Below are positions 9,899 through 19,400 of a stretch of DNA of 57,778 nucleotides, piece by piece (the stretch's first letter is position 1; each line of letters starts with the position of its first letter). Source of the DNA: Dehalococcoidales bacterium (GTDB lineage Bacteria; Chloroflexota; Dehalococcoidia; Dehalococcoidales; RBG-16-60-22); NCBI GenBank assembly GCA_016930185.1, contig JAFGHK010000013.1, positions 1 through 57,778 on the forward strand, given 5' to 3'. The notes beneath the pieces are model-generated. The model was not told the DNA's origin, searched no databases, and saw nothing but the letters and a program-made list of their open reading frames with translations. The position numbers and the translations under genes are program-made.

Positions 9899-10912
9899 TT
9901 AACTGAATTTGTTCAGAAAATCCTTAAGGGGAATAAACTTAATTCCTTTCCCGAAGAGGATGCCGCCTTCGGTGCAGTTATAAGTACTGCAATCGGCCTG
10001 CCTGGCCAGTTCAAGTAAACTCTGACGGTACCAGTAGTATGTCGGGTCGGTAAACCATGTTTGCTTCAGATATGGATTGTAAATCCTGATAAAAGCCTCC
10101 TCGGCCCGGTCACCGAAGAGTTCCACCATTTCTTTATAATACTGGGTATTCTGTATGGATGTGCCGGGAGGATAACTAAGATCCATGCCGAGTAGAGCCG
10201 TTTGTTTACTGTGAAGAATGGCATGGGCAAAGACCCATGCCGAGGTGCCGCAGTTGCCGCCAGTCACCATACACGGTGCTTTGGTGAGTTTGTAGGCCTG
10301 TTGTGAATAACTTTTGGGCTTATCATAATCATCATAGAGGGGGTTCCACCAGTAAAGCTCCATGCCTGCCTCCAGGCAGCGGAGGGCAATCTCTTCGCTG
10401 ACACTGGTGGAAATAATAACTTTGATGCTGCGGCCGTGCCGATTTACCAGCTCAATGAGCTCCTGATTTCGTGCTGCTTCCTCGCGGTTCAGAGCAGGGT
10501 CTAAGTCCTGACGCTGAAAATAGTCGTCGGCCTCGCGGTGGGCAAGCTTCGTGTCCCCGAACCATCTGATAATACGAGTGGCATGAGGGTCAACGGTGAC
10601 TACGTAGTCCGGAACGAGTCCGTTGCGGAGACAGTAGCCCAGTGAGCCGTCGACGGCGACAACAGCCCCCTTGAACTTTGAGGTCAGGATAGCCCGGGTC
10701 GGCTGCTTGCGATGGAGGCTGGGCCCGGCGGAAACAATGATAGCTGCGTCGGTAACCCCAGGGCCGGCTTCCGGAGTGAGGTCCAAGATTGTTTTCTTGA
10801 TATAGGGCAGGTTTTTTCGGGCATTCTGCAAGCCCGCTTCGGCTGTCTTTTCCAGCGTTTGCCGGGCGATAATATCGAGTTGAGTTTTAGTCAGTCTTTT
10901 CACCCTCATCAC
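9899..10912 (-). CDS. Maf/DUF115 (MAF_flag10, MptE-like) family protein, putative nonulosonate transferase or accessory factor
   Basis: AIIVSAGPSL, VAVDG, PDYVVTVDP, LLGMDLSY, YNCTEGGI signatures. Confidence 0.82.
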   Translation of the reverse strand: MMRVKRLTKTQLDIIARQTLEKTAEAGLQNARKNLPYIKKTILDLTPEAGPGVTDAAIIVSAGPSLHRKQPTRAILTSKFKGAVVAVDGSLGYCLRNGLVPDYVVTVDPHATRIIRWFGDTKLAHREADDYFQRQDLDPALNREEAARNQELIELVNRHGRSIKVIISTSVSEEIALRCLEAGMELYWWNPLYDDYDKPKSYSQQAYKLTKAPCMVTGGNCGTSAWVFAHAILHSKQTALLGMDLSYPPGTSIQNTQYYKEMVELFGDRAEEAFIRIYNPYLKQTWFTDPTYYWYRQSLLELARQADCSTYNCTEGGILFGKGIKFIPLKDFLNKFS

Positions 10913-11075
10913 CTTTCCAGACGAAGGTTTTGGATTTCATGACGAAGGCGATGCTCCCCCCCAGCTTCCTGAGAGATTCTTGCTCGAATTTCTGCTCTAT
11001 GGTCGGCTGGCTTTTATTGTCCTTTGTTGTTACTTTTTTAGGCAGTCTATAATTACCTTTTAGATACTTTGGCAT
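10887..11075 (-). CDS. Small basic hypothetical protein (about 62 aa)
   Basis: GGAGG RBS 9 nt before ATG at 11075; fills the gap between neuA and the DUF115 gene in the same orientation. Confidence 0.6.
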   Translation of the reverse strand: MPKYLKGNYRLPKKVTTKDNKSQPTIEQKFEQESLRKLGGSIAFVMKSKTFVWKGDEGEKTD

Positions 11076-11114
11076 GAGCATTTACCTCCAGGAAATAATG
11101 AGACTTCACCGGCA

Positions 11115-11837
11115 TTATTTTGGCTCATTTATCTTAGCCAGTTTTTGCTGAATCAGGAACTCGGCGTAGAGAAAATCGATGGGTTCATCAATATCTACGG
11201 AGCGTTCTCGGGGCATAATCCACAGGCGTGTTTTCTCGCCAAGCAGGTTGTTTTGAGAAGATAGGACTTCCCGTCTGGTAGCGTAGATGCCCCCGTTGGG
11301 GATATAGAGCCTGGGTAAGGTCTGCGAAATCCCTATATCACCCTCAATCTTCCTATTGAGATAGTTGTGGGCATAGCCCGATTCGTCAAGGCGGAACATC
11401 CACTCCGGTCTTTCGCTAATCTCGTACGCGCTGAATACCGAATCGGCTCCGGAAGATATGAGTTCGTGAACACAGCCATCGATGTCCTCCGGCAGACAAA
11501 GAGGTGTCGTCGGCTGAAGGGTGACGACTATGTCAACACGATAATTCTCCTCTTTTTCCAGGTAATTCACCGCATGTTGGGTAACTAATTCAGAAGGGAC
11601 GTCTTCGGCAAGGTCTTTGGGTCGAACAAAGGGGACCTCGGCGCCGTATTCCTTGGTTATCCTGATTATCTCTTGATGGTCGGTGGAGACAATAACCCGG
11701 TTGATGGTTTCGGCTTTCAGCGCCGCCTGGATCATGTAAGCTATCAGCGGTTTGCCGGCCAGTGCCTTGATATTTTTAAAAGGAATTCTCTTGGAACCAC
11801 CCCGGGCGTGGATGATGGCCACTATGTTCATTATCAC
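11115..11837 (-). CDS. neuA: CMP-nonulosonic acid synthetase (acylneuraminate cytidylyltransferase)
   Basis: IHARGGSKRIPFKNI, VSTD, PFVRP, LQPTTP, NGGIY, SVDID. Confidence 0.95.
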   Translation of the reverse strand: MIMNIVAIIHARGGSKRIPFKNIKALAGKPLIAYMIQAALKAETINRVIVSTDHQEIIRITKEYGAEVPFVRPKDLAEDVPSELVTQHAVNYLEKEENYRVDIVVTLQPTTPLCLPEDIDGCVHELISSGADSVFSAYEISERPEWMFRLDESGYAHNYLNRKIEGDIGISQTLPRLYIPNGGIYATRREVLSSQNNLLGEKTRLWIMPRERSVDIDEPIDFLYAEFLIQQKLAKINEPK

Positions 11838-11888
11838 GCCGCCTTAGACTGAAGCTGCAATTTATGCCCTGAAAGTGCCAGTAATTAT

Positions 11889-11917
11889 ATTCTATCTAGT
11901 TAGCGCCCTCGTGTCAA
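11889..11917 (-). promoter_or_regulatory. Sigma70-type promoter upstream of neuA
   Basis: Minus strand TTGACA (11917-11912), 17 nt, TAGAAT (11894-11889). Confidence 0.75.
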
Positions 11918-11984
11918 TCTCAACCGGTGCCGCCTGATTGCTGCTCTTTGAGCATGAGAGTAATTTCTGGAAAGGGGATTCGTT

Positions 11985-12863
11985 CTATAATCTCCTTGCC
12001 AGAATGAACATTCTATCGGCTTTTCCCATGAAGTGGACTACCGGGGATAATAATCTGTAGCCGATAATACCGCCGAAGAAAGAATAGGCGCCTGGAACGC
12101 CCAGGGAGCGTAAAACATTAAACGGGTAATACCCTGATTTCAGTATTTGATATCCTTCTCCGGCGAGAATCCTGGTCATCGCGGCAAGAGTAGGCATATT
12201 GGTCACGGTAAGCCCGTACCGGAGCAGATAGTCCTTGTTTTTCCAGTAGCATATACTGGTAGGAACATGACACTTTATATACAGACCGCCGCCGGGCCGC
12301 AGGACGCACCGAAGCAGGTCGAATGATTCGCGCAGGTCGGCCATATAACAAATCACTTCCCGTAAGCAGACGACATCAAAAACCTGCCCCTCTAGAGCCT
12401 GTGGCATACCGTCGGACTCAAATCGGCCAACGTGTATATCGAGCCCGGCATTTTTCCCGAGTTCCGCTACCTTTGGCAGGGGCTCGAGCCCCGTTGCCTC
12501 GAATGCGCCATTGTGCCGGAGTGCCGCAACGAACCGCCCTTCTCCCGTGCCGACGTCAAGGGCTTTGCCGTTTGCGGATGTGCCGGGGAAATGCCTCTTC
12601 AACTCCCGGACTTCTTCCAGGTCGAATAAATGCACATCCAGAGGGTTTCCCCGTTCTGTCAGGTCGTCAAGTGTATCATTAGTTTGTTTAAGATAAGCAA
12701 TTTGCCCCTCTTTATTCATGCGGGGTTGGAGCCGGTAAAGACCGCAATTAATGCAGCGTACCACTCGCGGGTTCTTAGCAATCTCAACAGCCGGGGTCGT
12801 GTGGCAGTAAGGGCAGTCGGTTAATGTCATATATTTTTGGAAGTCGGGCGCAGGTACGTTCAT
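11985..12863 (-). CDS. Class I SAM methyltransferase with N-terminal Zn ribbon
   Basis: CPYC...CINC, LDVGTGEG, LRPGG. Confidence 0.88.
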   Translation of the reverse strand: MNVPAPDFQKYMTLTDCPYCHTTPAVEIAKNPRVVRCINCGLYRLQPRMNKEGQIAYLKQTNDTLDDLTERGNPLDVHLFDLEEVRELKRHFPGTSANGKALDVGTGEGRFVAALRHNGAFEATGLEPLPKVAELGKNAGLDIHVGRFESDGMPQALEGQVFDVVCLREVICYMADLRESFDLLRCVLRPGGGLYIKCHVPTSICYWKNKDYLLRYGLTVTNMPTLAAMTRILAGEGYQILKSGYYPFNVLRSLGVPGAYSFFGGIIGYRLLSPVVHFMGKADRMFILARRL

Positions 12864-12922
12864 CTCCTGGCGGCCTCCTTTATTTTAAGCTGCTCCGGTG
12901 AGACGATATCTTTCCGGTATCA

Positions 12923-13909
12923 TCATAATCTTATCTTTTGATTATTGTTCCTTGCCGATTTACAGAGAGCCGCTGTTGTCTCGAGGGCTTTCAGTCCGTC
13001 TTCGCCCGTACAGGCCGGCTCGCCGCCTTTCTCGATGCACTCAATAATGTTTCCGATAGCAGCAGCTAAAGGACTCTTTCCCGTTTTTAATTTCTTTAGT
13101 GGCTGCCTTTTCAGTTCCCGGTACCCCGAAAACCTATCGCTTTTCTCAAAATGTAAAAATTCTGTGTGATAACCGTTATCTATGATACGGACTCTGCCCT
13201 GTGCCCCCAGCACGTCAATTTCAAAGATAAGGTTTTCTCTCTTGCCGTTATCTATTATGAATCCCCTGGCCCCATTCTTAAAAGACAAAAGGCCGGATAT
13301 TCCCGGGTCGTCAGAGTCAAGATTACTGCCTTCTCCGACGACCCAATCTATATCGCCTCCGTAAAGCCTAATTGTGTCAACCAGATGGGTGCCAACCATA
13401 AAAACCTTGTCCGAATAATTACCGGTGATACTGCGTACCTCGCCGATTCTCCCCTGGTCGATATATTCTTTGACACGGAGATACCTTGGGTCCCAGCGCC
13501 GGGTGTGGTTAACAGCCAGTATAATGTTTTTCGTCCGGCTGGCAGCTACCATCCGGCGGGCATCTTCCACCCGTGCAGCGATTGGTTTTTCACAAAAGAC
13601 GGCCTTTATATCTGAACTCGTCGCCCGGGAGAATATCTTAAAATGTGAAGCGGTAGGCGTACAGATACTCACTATATCCAGTCGATTATCGCTAAGCATT
13701 TCTCTATAGTCCTGGTACAGTCCGGCATGCGGGCATCTCCTGGAAAATTTGTCGAGTCTGTTGCTATCTGTATCTGCCCCCGCAATAATTTCTACCTTAT
13801 GAGAGGCCAGGTAGGCGCCGGCGTGAGACCATACGGCTTTCCTTTTGGGGTCTTCATCAAATAAAGAGCCGATATTTCCCAAGCCGATAATTCCGGCTTT
13901 TAGCTTCAT
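12923..13909 (-). CDS. Gfo/Idh/MocA family oxidoreductase
   Basis: GIIGLGNIG, DIVSICTP, FCEKP, NHTRRW, GTHLVD. Confidence 0.93.
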   Translation of the reverse strand: MKLKAGIIGLGNIGSLFDEDPKRKAVWSHAGAYLASHKVEIIAGADTDSNRLDKFSRRCPHAGLYQDYREMLSDNRLDIVSICTPTASHFKIFSRATSSDIKAVFCEKPIAARVEDARRMVAASRTKNIILAVNHTRRWDPRYLRVKEYIDQGRIGEVRSITGNYSDKVFMVGTHLVDTIRLYGGDIDWVVGEGSNLDSDDPGISGLLSFKNGARGFIIDNGKRENLIFEIDVLGAQGRVRIIDNGYHTEFLHFEKSDRFSGYRELKRQPLKKLKTGKSPLAAAIGNIIECIEKGGEPACTGEDGLKALETTAALCKSARNNNQKIRL

Positions 13910-13921
13910 ATCATCTCCTGG

Positions 13922-15661
13922 CTACAGGCTGTCTAGCAATGCCTCCCTGAATCTTACCAGTCCCATCTCATCCCGGGAGTAGTCACAATCTCTTAGTAAT
14001 TCTTCTATCCCGTCCTCATGTAGCGGATTATAAGCACCGTTAAGAATTTTCTTCACCGCGGAAAATAGCTTTTTTTTATCGTTAAACACAATTTTGTTGC
14101 TATATTTTTTGGCGAGTGGGTGCTGGTCGTTACCTGTAGTGTCATAGTATAGCCCGATTTTCCCGCACAATAAAGCTATGTTAGCCGGACTGCTCATGTC
14201 CATAGAAATATTTATATCGGATATGGCGATAACTTCAGTCGGGGAAACTGGTATCGGGTCTTCTATAAAGTAGTGGCGTCCGCTTTCTAAACACCTTTGC
14301 TTGATATTTTTAAAGGTCTCCTTGCCCTTATCGGACATTATACTAAGCTTTATTTCATCCCCCATCTTTGGTTTCAATATCCCGATGGCATTCTTGTTTT
14401 CATTAACAAGCTCGAACATCATTTGCCAGAAGTCAAGCAATACCTCTTCGGTTACATGTACATCGGGACCGAAGGATTCATCGTAGAAGGCTATCACTTT
14501 ATAATCGGAAACGGGCAGCCCCAGTTTCTCACAAATACTCCTTTTATTCCTGGTATATTGACTGAAATTGTGTTTTATCCAGCACCCCGTTTCGATGACA
14601 TTATCGACAAAATGTCTCTTTCCAATAAGATGGGCTTTTCCCCAGATTAAATATATGTTGAAAGCTTGAAAATGGTGACCGACGGCTTCAAAAGTAGTCA
14701 GGTCCGACCAGTTGAAAATAACACTCCTGGAACCATAGTTGTTCATTATTATCGTTTCCGGAATATGATGTAGGCCTGTTTCTTCGATACTTAATTCAAG
14801 TCCTATCTGATAGTGGGACAGCAGTATCTCCTCACCGACCGCCGTTACATGGAAATCCCGGAGCCAGTCTTTCAACAGATAGTTATGTTTTTTCCAGAAA
14901 TATTTGAAAATAAAGACCAGAGGCAATATCAGGTGATATTTTATCATACGCCCGAAGAGAAGGTTTATGGGGATTTTGAGTTTGTTTTTATGCATACATT
15001 CATATTCGCTTTTTTGAGCATCTTTATAGGCCATCATTCTACCCGGGTCATTTGAACCGGTAGTGTAAAGCAAAAGGTCTTTCTTCAATAACTTTTCATC
15101 GTCTATGAAGAAGTCGTCTCGGAAAATGGGCGATTTAAACCCCCCGGATGATTGCTTTACTATTCTGAATTTCTTTGGTTTCACCGGCAGACATAATCTG
15201 CGGGAGAACAGTCTATATATAAATGACCCAAGAATATAAAATATAGCTGTTAAGCCGTCCTTTACCTCGTTTTCCTTAAGCCATTTTACCTGTATCTTAC
15301 TCCCCGTTTTTTGGCTCCACCATTCGTAAATATGCCGGTTTAGAGGGTTATTACGGAGATATACTGCCTTTTTGGAATGTTCATCAAGATGAGCCTTATA
15401 CAGGCGAGTAATGATTTCAAGAACATATGTTGAGACCCACTTTAAAACAAACGGTTTAAACTTACTGGTCTTGAACTTCTCGTTATATACCTTAGTGAAC
15501 TGGCAATCTTCCAGTTTTAATTTACCGAGAACAAAATCACTGCATTCCATTGCCTCTTTATTGATTCGATAATAAAGACCCTTATAGCTCCCAATGTGTA
15601 TATCAGGTTCTTGAGCGAGATTATTGCGTCTGTTCTTAATAAAAGGCATTCTTATTGGCAC
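13922..15661 (-). CDS. Surface polysaccharide biosynthesis protein, resembling the PFTS-motif family (putative glycosyltransferase)
   Basis: C-terminal ILKPK...ISMDMSSPANIALLCGKIGLYYD resembles the recalled pattern SxPFTSxAxIAxxxGKxxxYYD; AT-rich; at the head of the glycan cluster. Confidence 0.55.
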   Translation of the reverse strand: MPIRMPFIKNRRNNLAQEPDIHIGSYKGLYYRINKEAMECSDFVLGKLKLEDCQFTKVYNEKFKTSKFKPFVLKWVSTYVLEIITRLYKAHLDEHSKKAVYLRNNPLNRHIYEWWSQKTGSKIQVKWLKENEVKDGLTAIFYILGSFIYRLFSRRLCLPVKPKKFRIVKQSSGGFKSPIFRDDFFIDDEKLLKKDLLLYTTGSNDPGRMMAYKDAQKSEYECMHKNKLKIPINLLFGRMIKYHLILPLVFIFKYFWKKHNYLLKDWLRDFHVTAVGEEILLSHYQIGLELSIEETGLHHIPETIIMNNYGSRSVIFNWSDLTTFEAVGHHFQAFNIYLIWGKAHLIGKRHFVDNVIETGCWIKHNFSQYTRNKRSICEKLGLPVSDYKVIAFYDESFGPDVHVTEEVLLDFWQMMFELVNENKNAIGILKPKMGDEIKLSIMSDKGKETFKNIKQRCLESGRHYFIEDPIPVSPTEVIAISDINISMDMSSPANIALLCGKIGLYYDTTGNDQHPLAKKYSNKIVFNDKKKLFSAVKKILNGAYNPLHEDGIEELLRDCDYSRDEMGLVRFREALLDSL

Positions 15662-15914
15662 TCTGGCGACCTCTGAAAACGAAAAGTTAACAGTTATTGG
15701 TTCTAATCTGGTTTTAATTAAATCACACTTACCGAATCTTGTTCAAGCACAGCTATTACAAGGGACTTTTAGCCCCGTATCCAGTTTTTATTTTATAGAA
15801 TTGTAGTAGTTAAGTAGTCCCGTTTGGCGAATGGGAGTGGTTTATTAAATATATTATTTCCGATTGCCAAGAAACCTCACCCAACAAATAACCAATTATT
15901 GTTTCCGGTATAGC

Positions 15915-15937
15915 TCGACTCTCCCCCGTCTCCACCA
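15915..15937 (+). mobile_element. Putative att-site remnant: isolated 3' end of tmRNA (ssrA) or tRNA-Ala-like gene
   Basis: TCGACTCTCCCCCGTCTCCACCA = T-loop + T-stem strand + acceptor CGTCTCC + A + CCA (one extra nt relative to canonical). No matching 5' GGGG(A/G)CG half seen in the upstream intergenic region. Confidence 0.55.
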
Positions 15938-15939
15938 GA

Positions 15940-15981
15940 AACAAAAAAAGCCCCTATGTGTAAGGATAGGGGCCTGTTTTT
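15940..15981. terminator. Intrinsic terminator, probably bidirectional
   Basis: GCCCCTAT-loop-ATAGGGGC with an A-tract on the left (U-tract for the minus-strand mop gene) and a T-tract on the right. Confidence 0.8.
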
Positions 15982-16002
15982 ACGTGAATATATAAACTCA
16001 GG

Positions 16003-16212
16003 TTAGTCTATACCTATCATTACGTTAGAGGCTTTTATAATAGCATAGACATCTTTCCCGGGCTTCAGTCCCAGCCTTTCCGCGGACGATTTAGTAATGA
16101 TGGACACAACTTCTACACCCCCGGCCACCTCGACGATGATTTCAGAATTAACCGCGCCCGGCGTGACCTTTTTTACCTTACCTTTTAAGACATTACGCGC
16201 GCTTATCTGCAT
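16003..16212 (-). CDS. mop: Molbindin / TOBE-domain molybdate-tungstate binding protein
   Basis: ISARNVLKG...SIITKSSAERLGL...AIIKASNV. Confidence 0.93.
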   Translation of the reverse strand: MQISARNVLKGKVKKVTPGAVNSEIIVEVAGGVEVVSIITKSSAERLGLKPGKDVYAIIKASNVMIGID

Positions 16213-16488
16213 TTTTCTACCCCCCTTTGATATATTATCACCACCTTAATATTGTAGTCCCTTTTAATTTAGGGTTGTCAAGGGATATTTAACAAAAATT
16301 TTGTATTTTGGTGGAGGTAAATTTTACGCTTGTCACGAATGTAACTCACTGCATTTACAGAACATTGACATTTGAGTTATTTATGTTTATTTTTTGTTTA
16401 TTAATAAAGTGTTATACTGTTTACTGCGTTATTCCGTCATTTAACGGTCGAATTTAGATATGCCGGAAAAAATACGCAGGGCAAAAGG

Positions 16489-19400
16489 ATGAACACAGGT
16501 ACTGATATCAATATCTGCAAAGAAGTAAGCTGTCGGGTTACTAATTCCGTTATAAAGTATCTGGAATCCCAGGGACACGATTGTACTTCGATAATTAAAG
16601 ACCTGCCCTTGCCTTATACCAGAGAATATTTAACCGATACTCTTAACTGGGTCACTTATGATATCAGGGAGACGATATGCAGGCGCGCCGTCGAGCTAAC
16701 CGGTGACGATGCCATAATGTACAAGGTAGGGTTAGCTACTCCAGGCCTTAATCCCCTTGGCGGGCTTGAATCAGTCATCCGCAAGCTTACCGGGCCAATG
16801 ATGGTTTACAGGTTTGTGCCCAGGTACGCCGGGTACTTTGACAGGGTGTTTACATTCAAGACGATTATCACGGGGAAAAATACAGCTACTATTGAAATGA
16901 GGACTGAAGAGCCGGATTATCAGCCTTCGAAGGATTCTTGTTACTATGCCCAGGGTATCTTGTCGGCGATACCGACGTTATGGCATTTGCCCCCTGCTAG
17001 AGTCCGTGAAAAACAGTGTATGTGTATGCCGTTGCTGGGGGCCGTTAAAAATGGAGTAAAATATAAAGCTGAATCATGTGTCTATGAAGTGCAATGGCAG
17101 CCTTTAGTGTCCCGGTTTCAGAGATTGCGTGATAATACCGTGGGTAAAATATTTCCTGTAGCAAGGAAGTCTAAAGAATTAGAGCAAAGCCTCCGGCATA
17201 TAGACCAGAAAAACACCGAACTGATTGCCAGGAACAGGCAGCTGGCCGCCGTACGTGAAATAGCCATGGGTGTTGACAAGGTCAGGACCATCGATGAAGC
17301 ATTGGTTCTAACCGTGGAACAATCGAGGGAAATCGAGGGGATACGCATGGTGCTTGTCCAGAAGATGGATGAAGCGCGTGAGAATGTTATTACGCCTTAT
17401 TACTCTAAATTCCGCCCCGATACAATGAAAATGGTCAATGCCGCCAAAGCTATCGGTTTTGACGCGGAAAAAATTCTGGGTAAAACACCTACAAGCAATA
17501 AACTCCGGTTCCCTCTCTTAAAACTTAAAGTGGCTCAAGAATACAATAAAAACCCCAGGATCATGGTACTGACAAGACTAGCTGAATTACTGGATGGCGT
17601 TTGGCCGAAGACCTTGTGTGATGCTCTACAAAAAATAATGGGAGTAAAGAAATTCGTCATCGTGCCTCTTATGGTTGAGGGCGAATCATGGGGGCATATA
17701 CTCTACTTTTTAACCCAGGAAGTACCAACGGATATTCTGGAAATGATTGGCGGGCATTGCGCGCTCGCTATTAAAAACATCATCAATTTAAATAACCTGG
17801 TAGAGCGAAATACCGAGCTAACTGAAAGAAACAGGCAACTTGCTATTGTACGAGAGATTGCCGTTGGTGTTGATAAGGTAAGTACTATTGACCAGGCTCT
17901 AACTCTGGCAGTAGAGCAGTCGAGAGGAATTAACGGGATACGTTTTGTGCTCGTTCAGAAGCTGGATGAAAACAAAGAATATGTGATTACGCCTTACTAT
18001 TCCAAAATACGCCCGCAATATAAATACATGGCAGATGCTATTAAGGCTCTGGGTTTTAACCCGGACAAAGAATTAGGGAAGAAACCTACGAGTAACAAAC
18101 TCCGCTTTAAATTTTCAAAGCTTAAGGTGGTTCAAGATTACCCCAGCAATCCCAGGACAATAGTTCTGACCAGCCTTGCCGAACTACTCGATGGTGTCTG
18201 GCCGCGGAAGCTGTGTAATGGCATCCAGAGAATCATGAAAGTAAAAAAATTCGTGATTGTACCTATAGTGGTGGAAAGTGAATATTGGGGTAGTATGCTA
18301 TTTTTCTTAACCCGGGATGTGCCTGCGGATATCCTGGAAATGATTGGGGCGCATTGCGCGCTGGCGGTAAAGAACATAGGTAGTATAGAAGCGCTTGCTA
18401 ATGAAGCGATTCAGAGGCGTATGCTGATTGATGAGTCTCTGGACGGAATCGTTATCCTTGATGACAGCGCCGCGGTTGTTGAGGCAAACAAACGGTTCGC
18501 TGAGATGCTCGGTTACACTTCCGAGGAAGTACGCCAGTTGCATACATGGGACTGGGACGTTAAGTGGAAACCCGAGACACTTTTAGAGATGGGACGCGGT
18601 GTCGGTTCGGGGTCGGAAGGTTTGCATGTCGAGACCGAGCACCGCCGTAAAGACGGCACAATCTTTGATGTCGAAATAAGCATCAATGGCGCCGTCCTAA
18701 ATGGCCGGAAGCTTATCTTCTGTATTTGTCGGGATGTCACCGAACGCAACCAGATGCACGAGGCATTACGGGAATCTGAAGACAGGTACAGGACTATTTT
18801 TCAATCCGCGAATGATATTCTAATGCTTATAGATAATAAGGGTAAAATACTGGACGTTAACGCCAGAATAGAGGATGTCGGCGGTTATAAACGTGAGGAA
18901 ATTGTAGGAAAGGATATCAGGTCGCTATCTGAAATAATGACCCCAGAAGGTCTGAAGATAATCGCCGAGAATTACCTTAAAAGAATGTCAGGTAAAAACG
19001 TACCGTTCTATGACGTTGAAATGTTCAAGAAAAACGGCGAGCGCCTGACTATTCAGATTAATGCCGTGGCGGTAAGAAAAGGGGATGAAATAATAGGCGA
19101 CCTGGCTATTTTAAGAGACATTACAGAGAATAAACAGGCGGAGAAAAATTTGAAATTACAGAAAGACCTCATCGACCGCATACTGGCGACTATTCCGAAT
19201 GCCGTCCTGCTTTTGGATAAAAACCTGAACATGATTATCGCTAACCAGACTTTCCATAAATTATTTAAACTGACAAAGAACGGGGTTGAAAAGAAGCTTG
19301 TTAATGAGTTCGTTGGTGCCCCGGAACTGGCCCAGGCGATTAAAAATATGATTGATAGTAAAGAACAAAAGGCAAGCGCTGAATTCCGTTATAATATAGA

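Noticed and set aside
15915-15937. Complete tRNA or tmRNA gene
   Set aside because: No 5' acceptor strand, D arm, anticodon arm or 5' T-stem strand upstream; kept only as an att-like remnant
16215-16260. ModE box upstream of mop
   Set aside because: Only a weak AT-rich dyad (ATATTA-N9-TAATAT); poor match to the ModE consensus
16384-16418. Fifth four-box promoter upstream of the 16489 kinase
   Set aside because: A TGTTTA 11-bp repeat is present, but spacing to the -10 differs and the upstream box pair is absent
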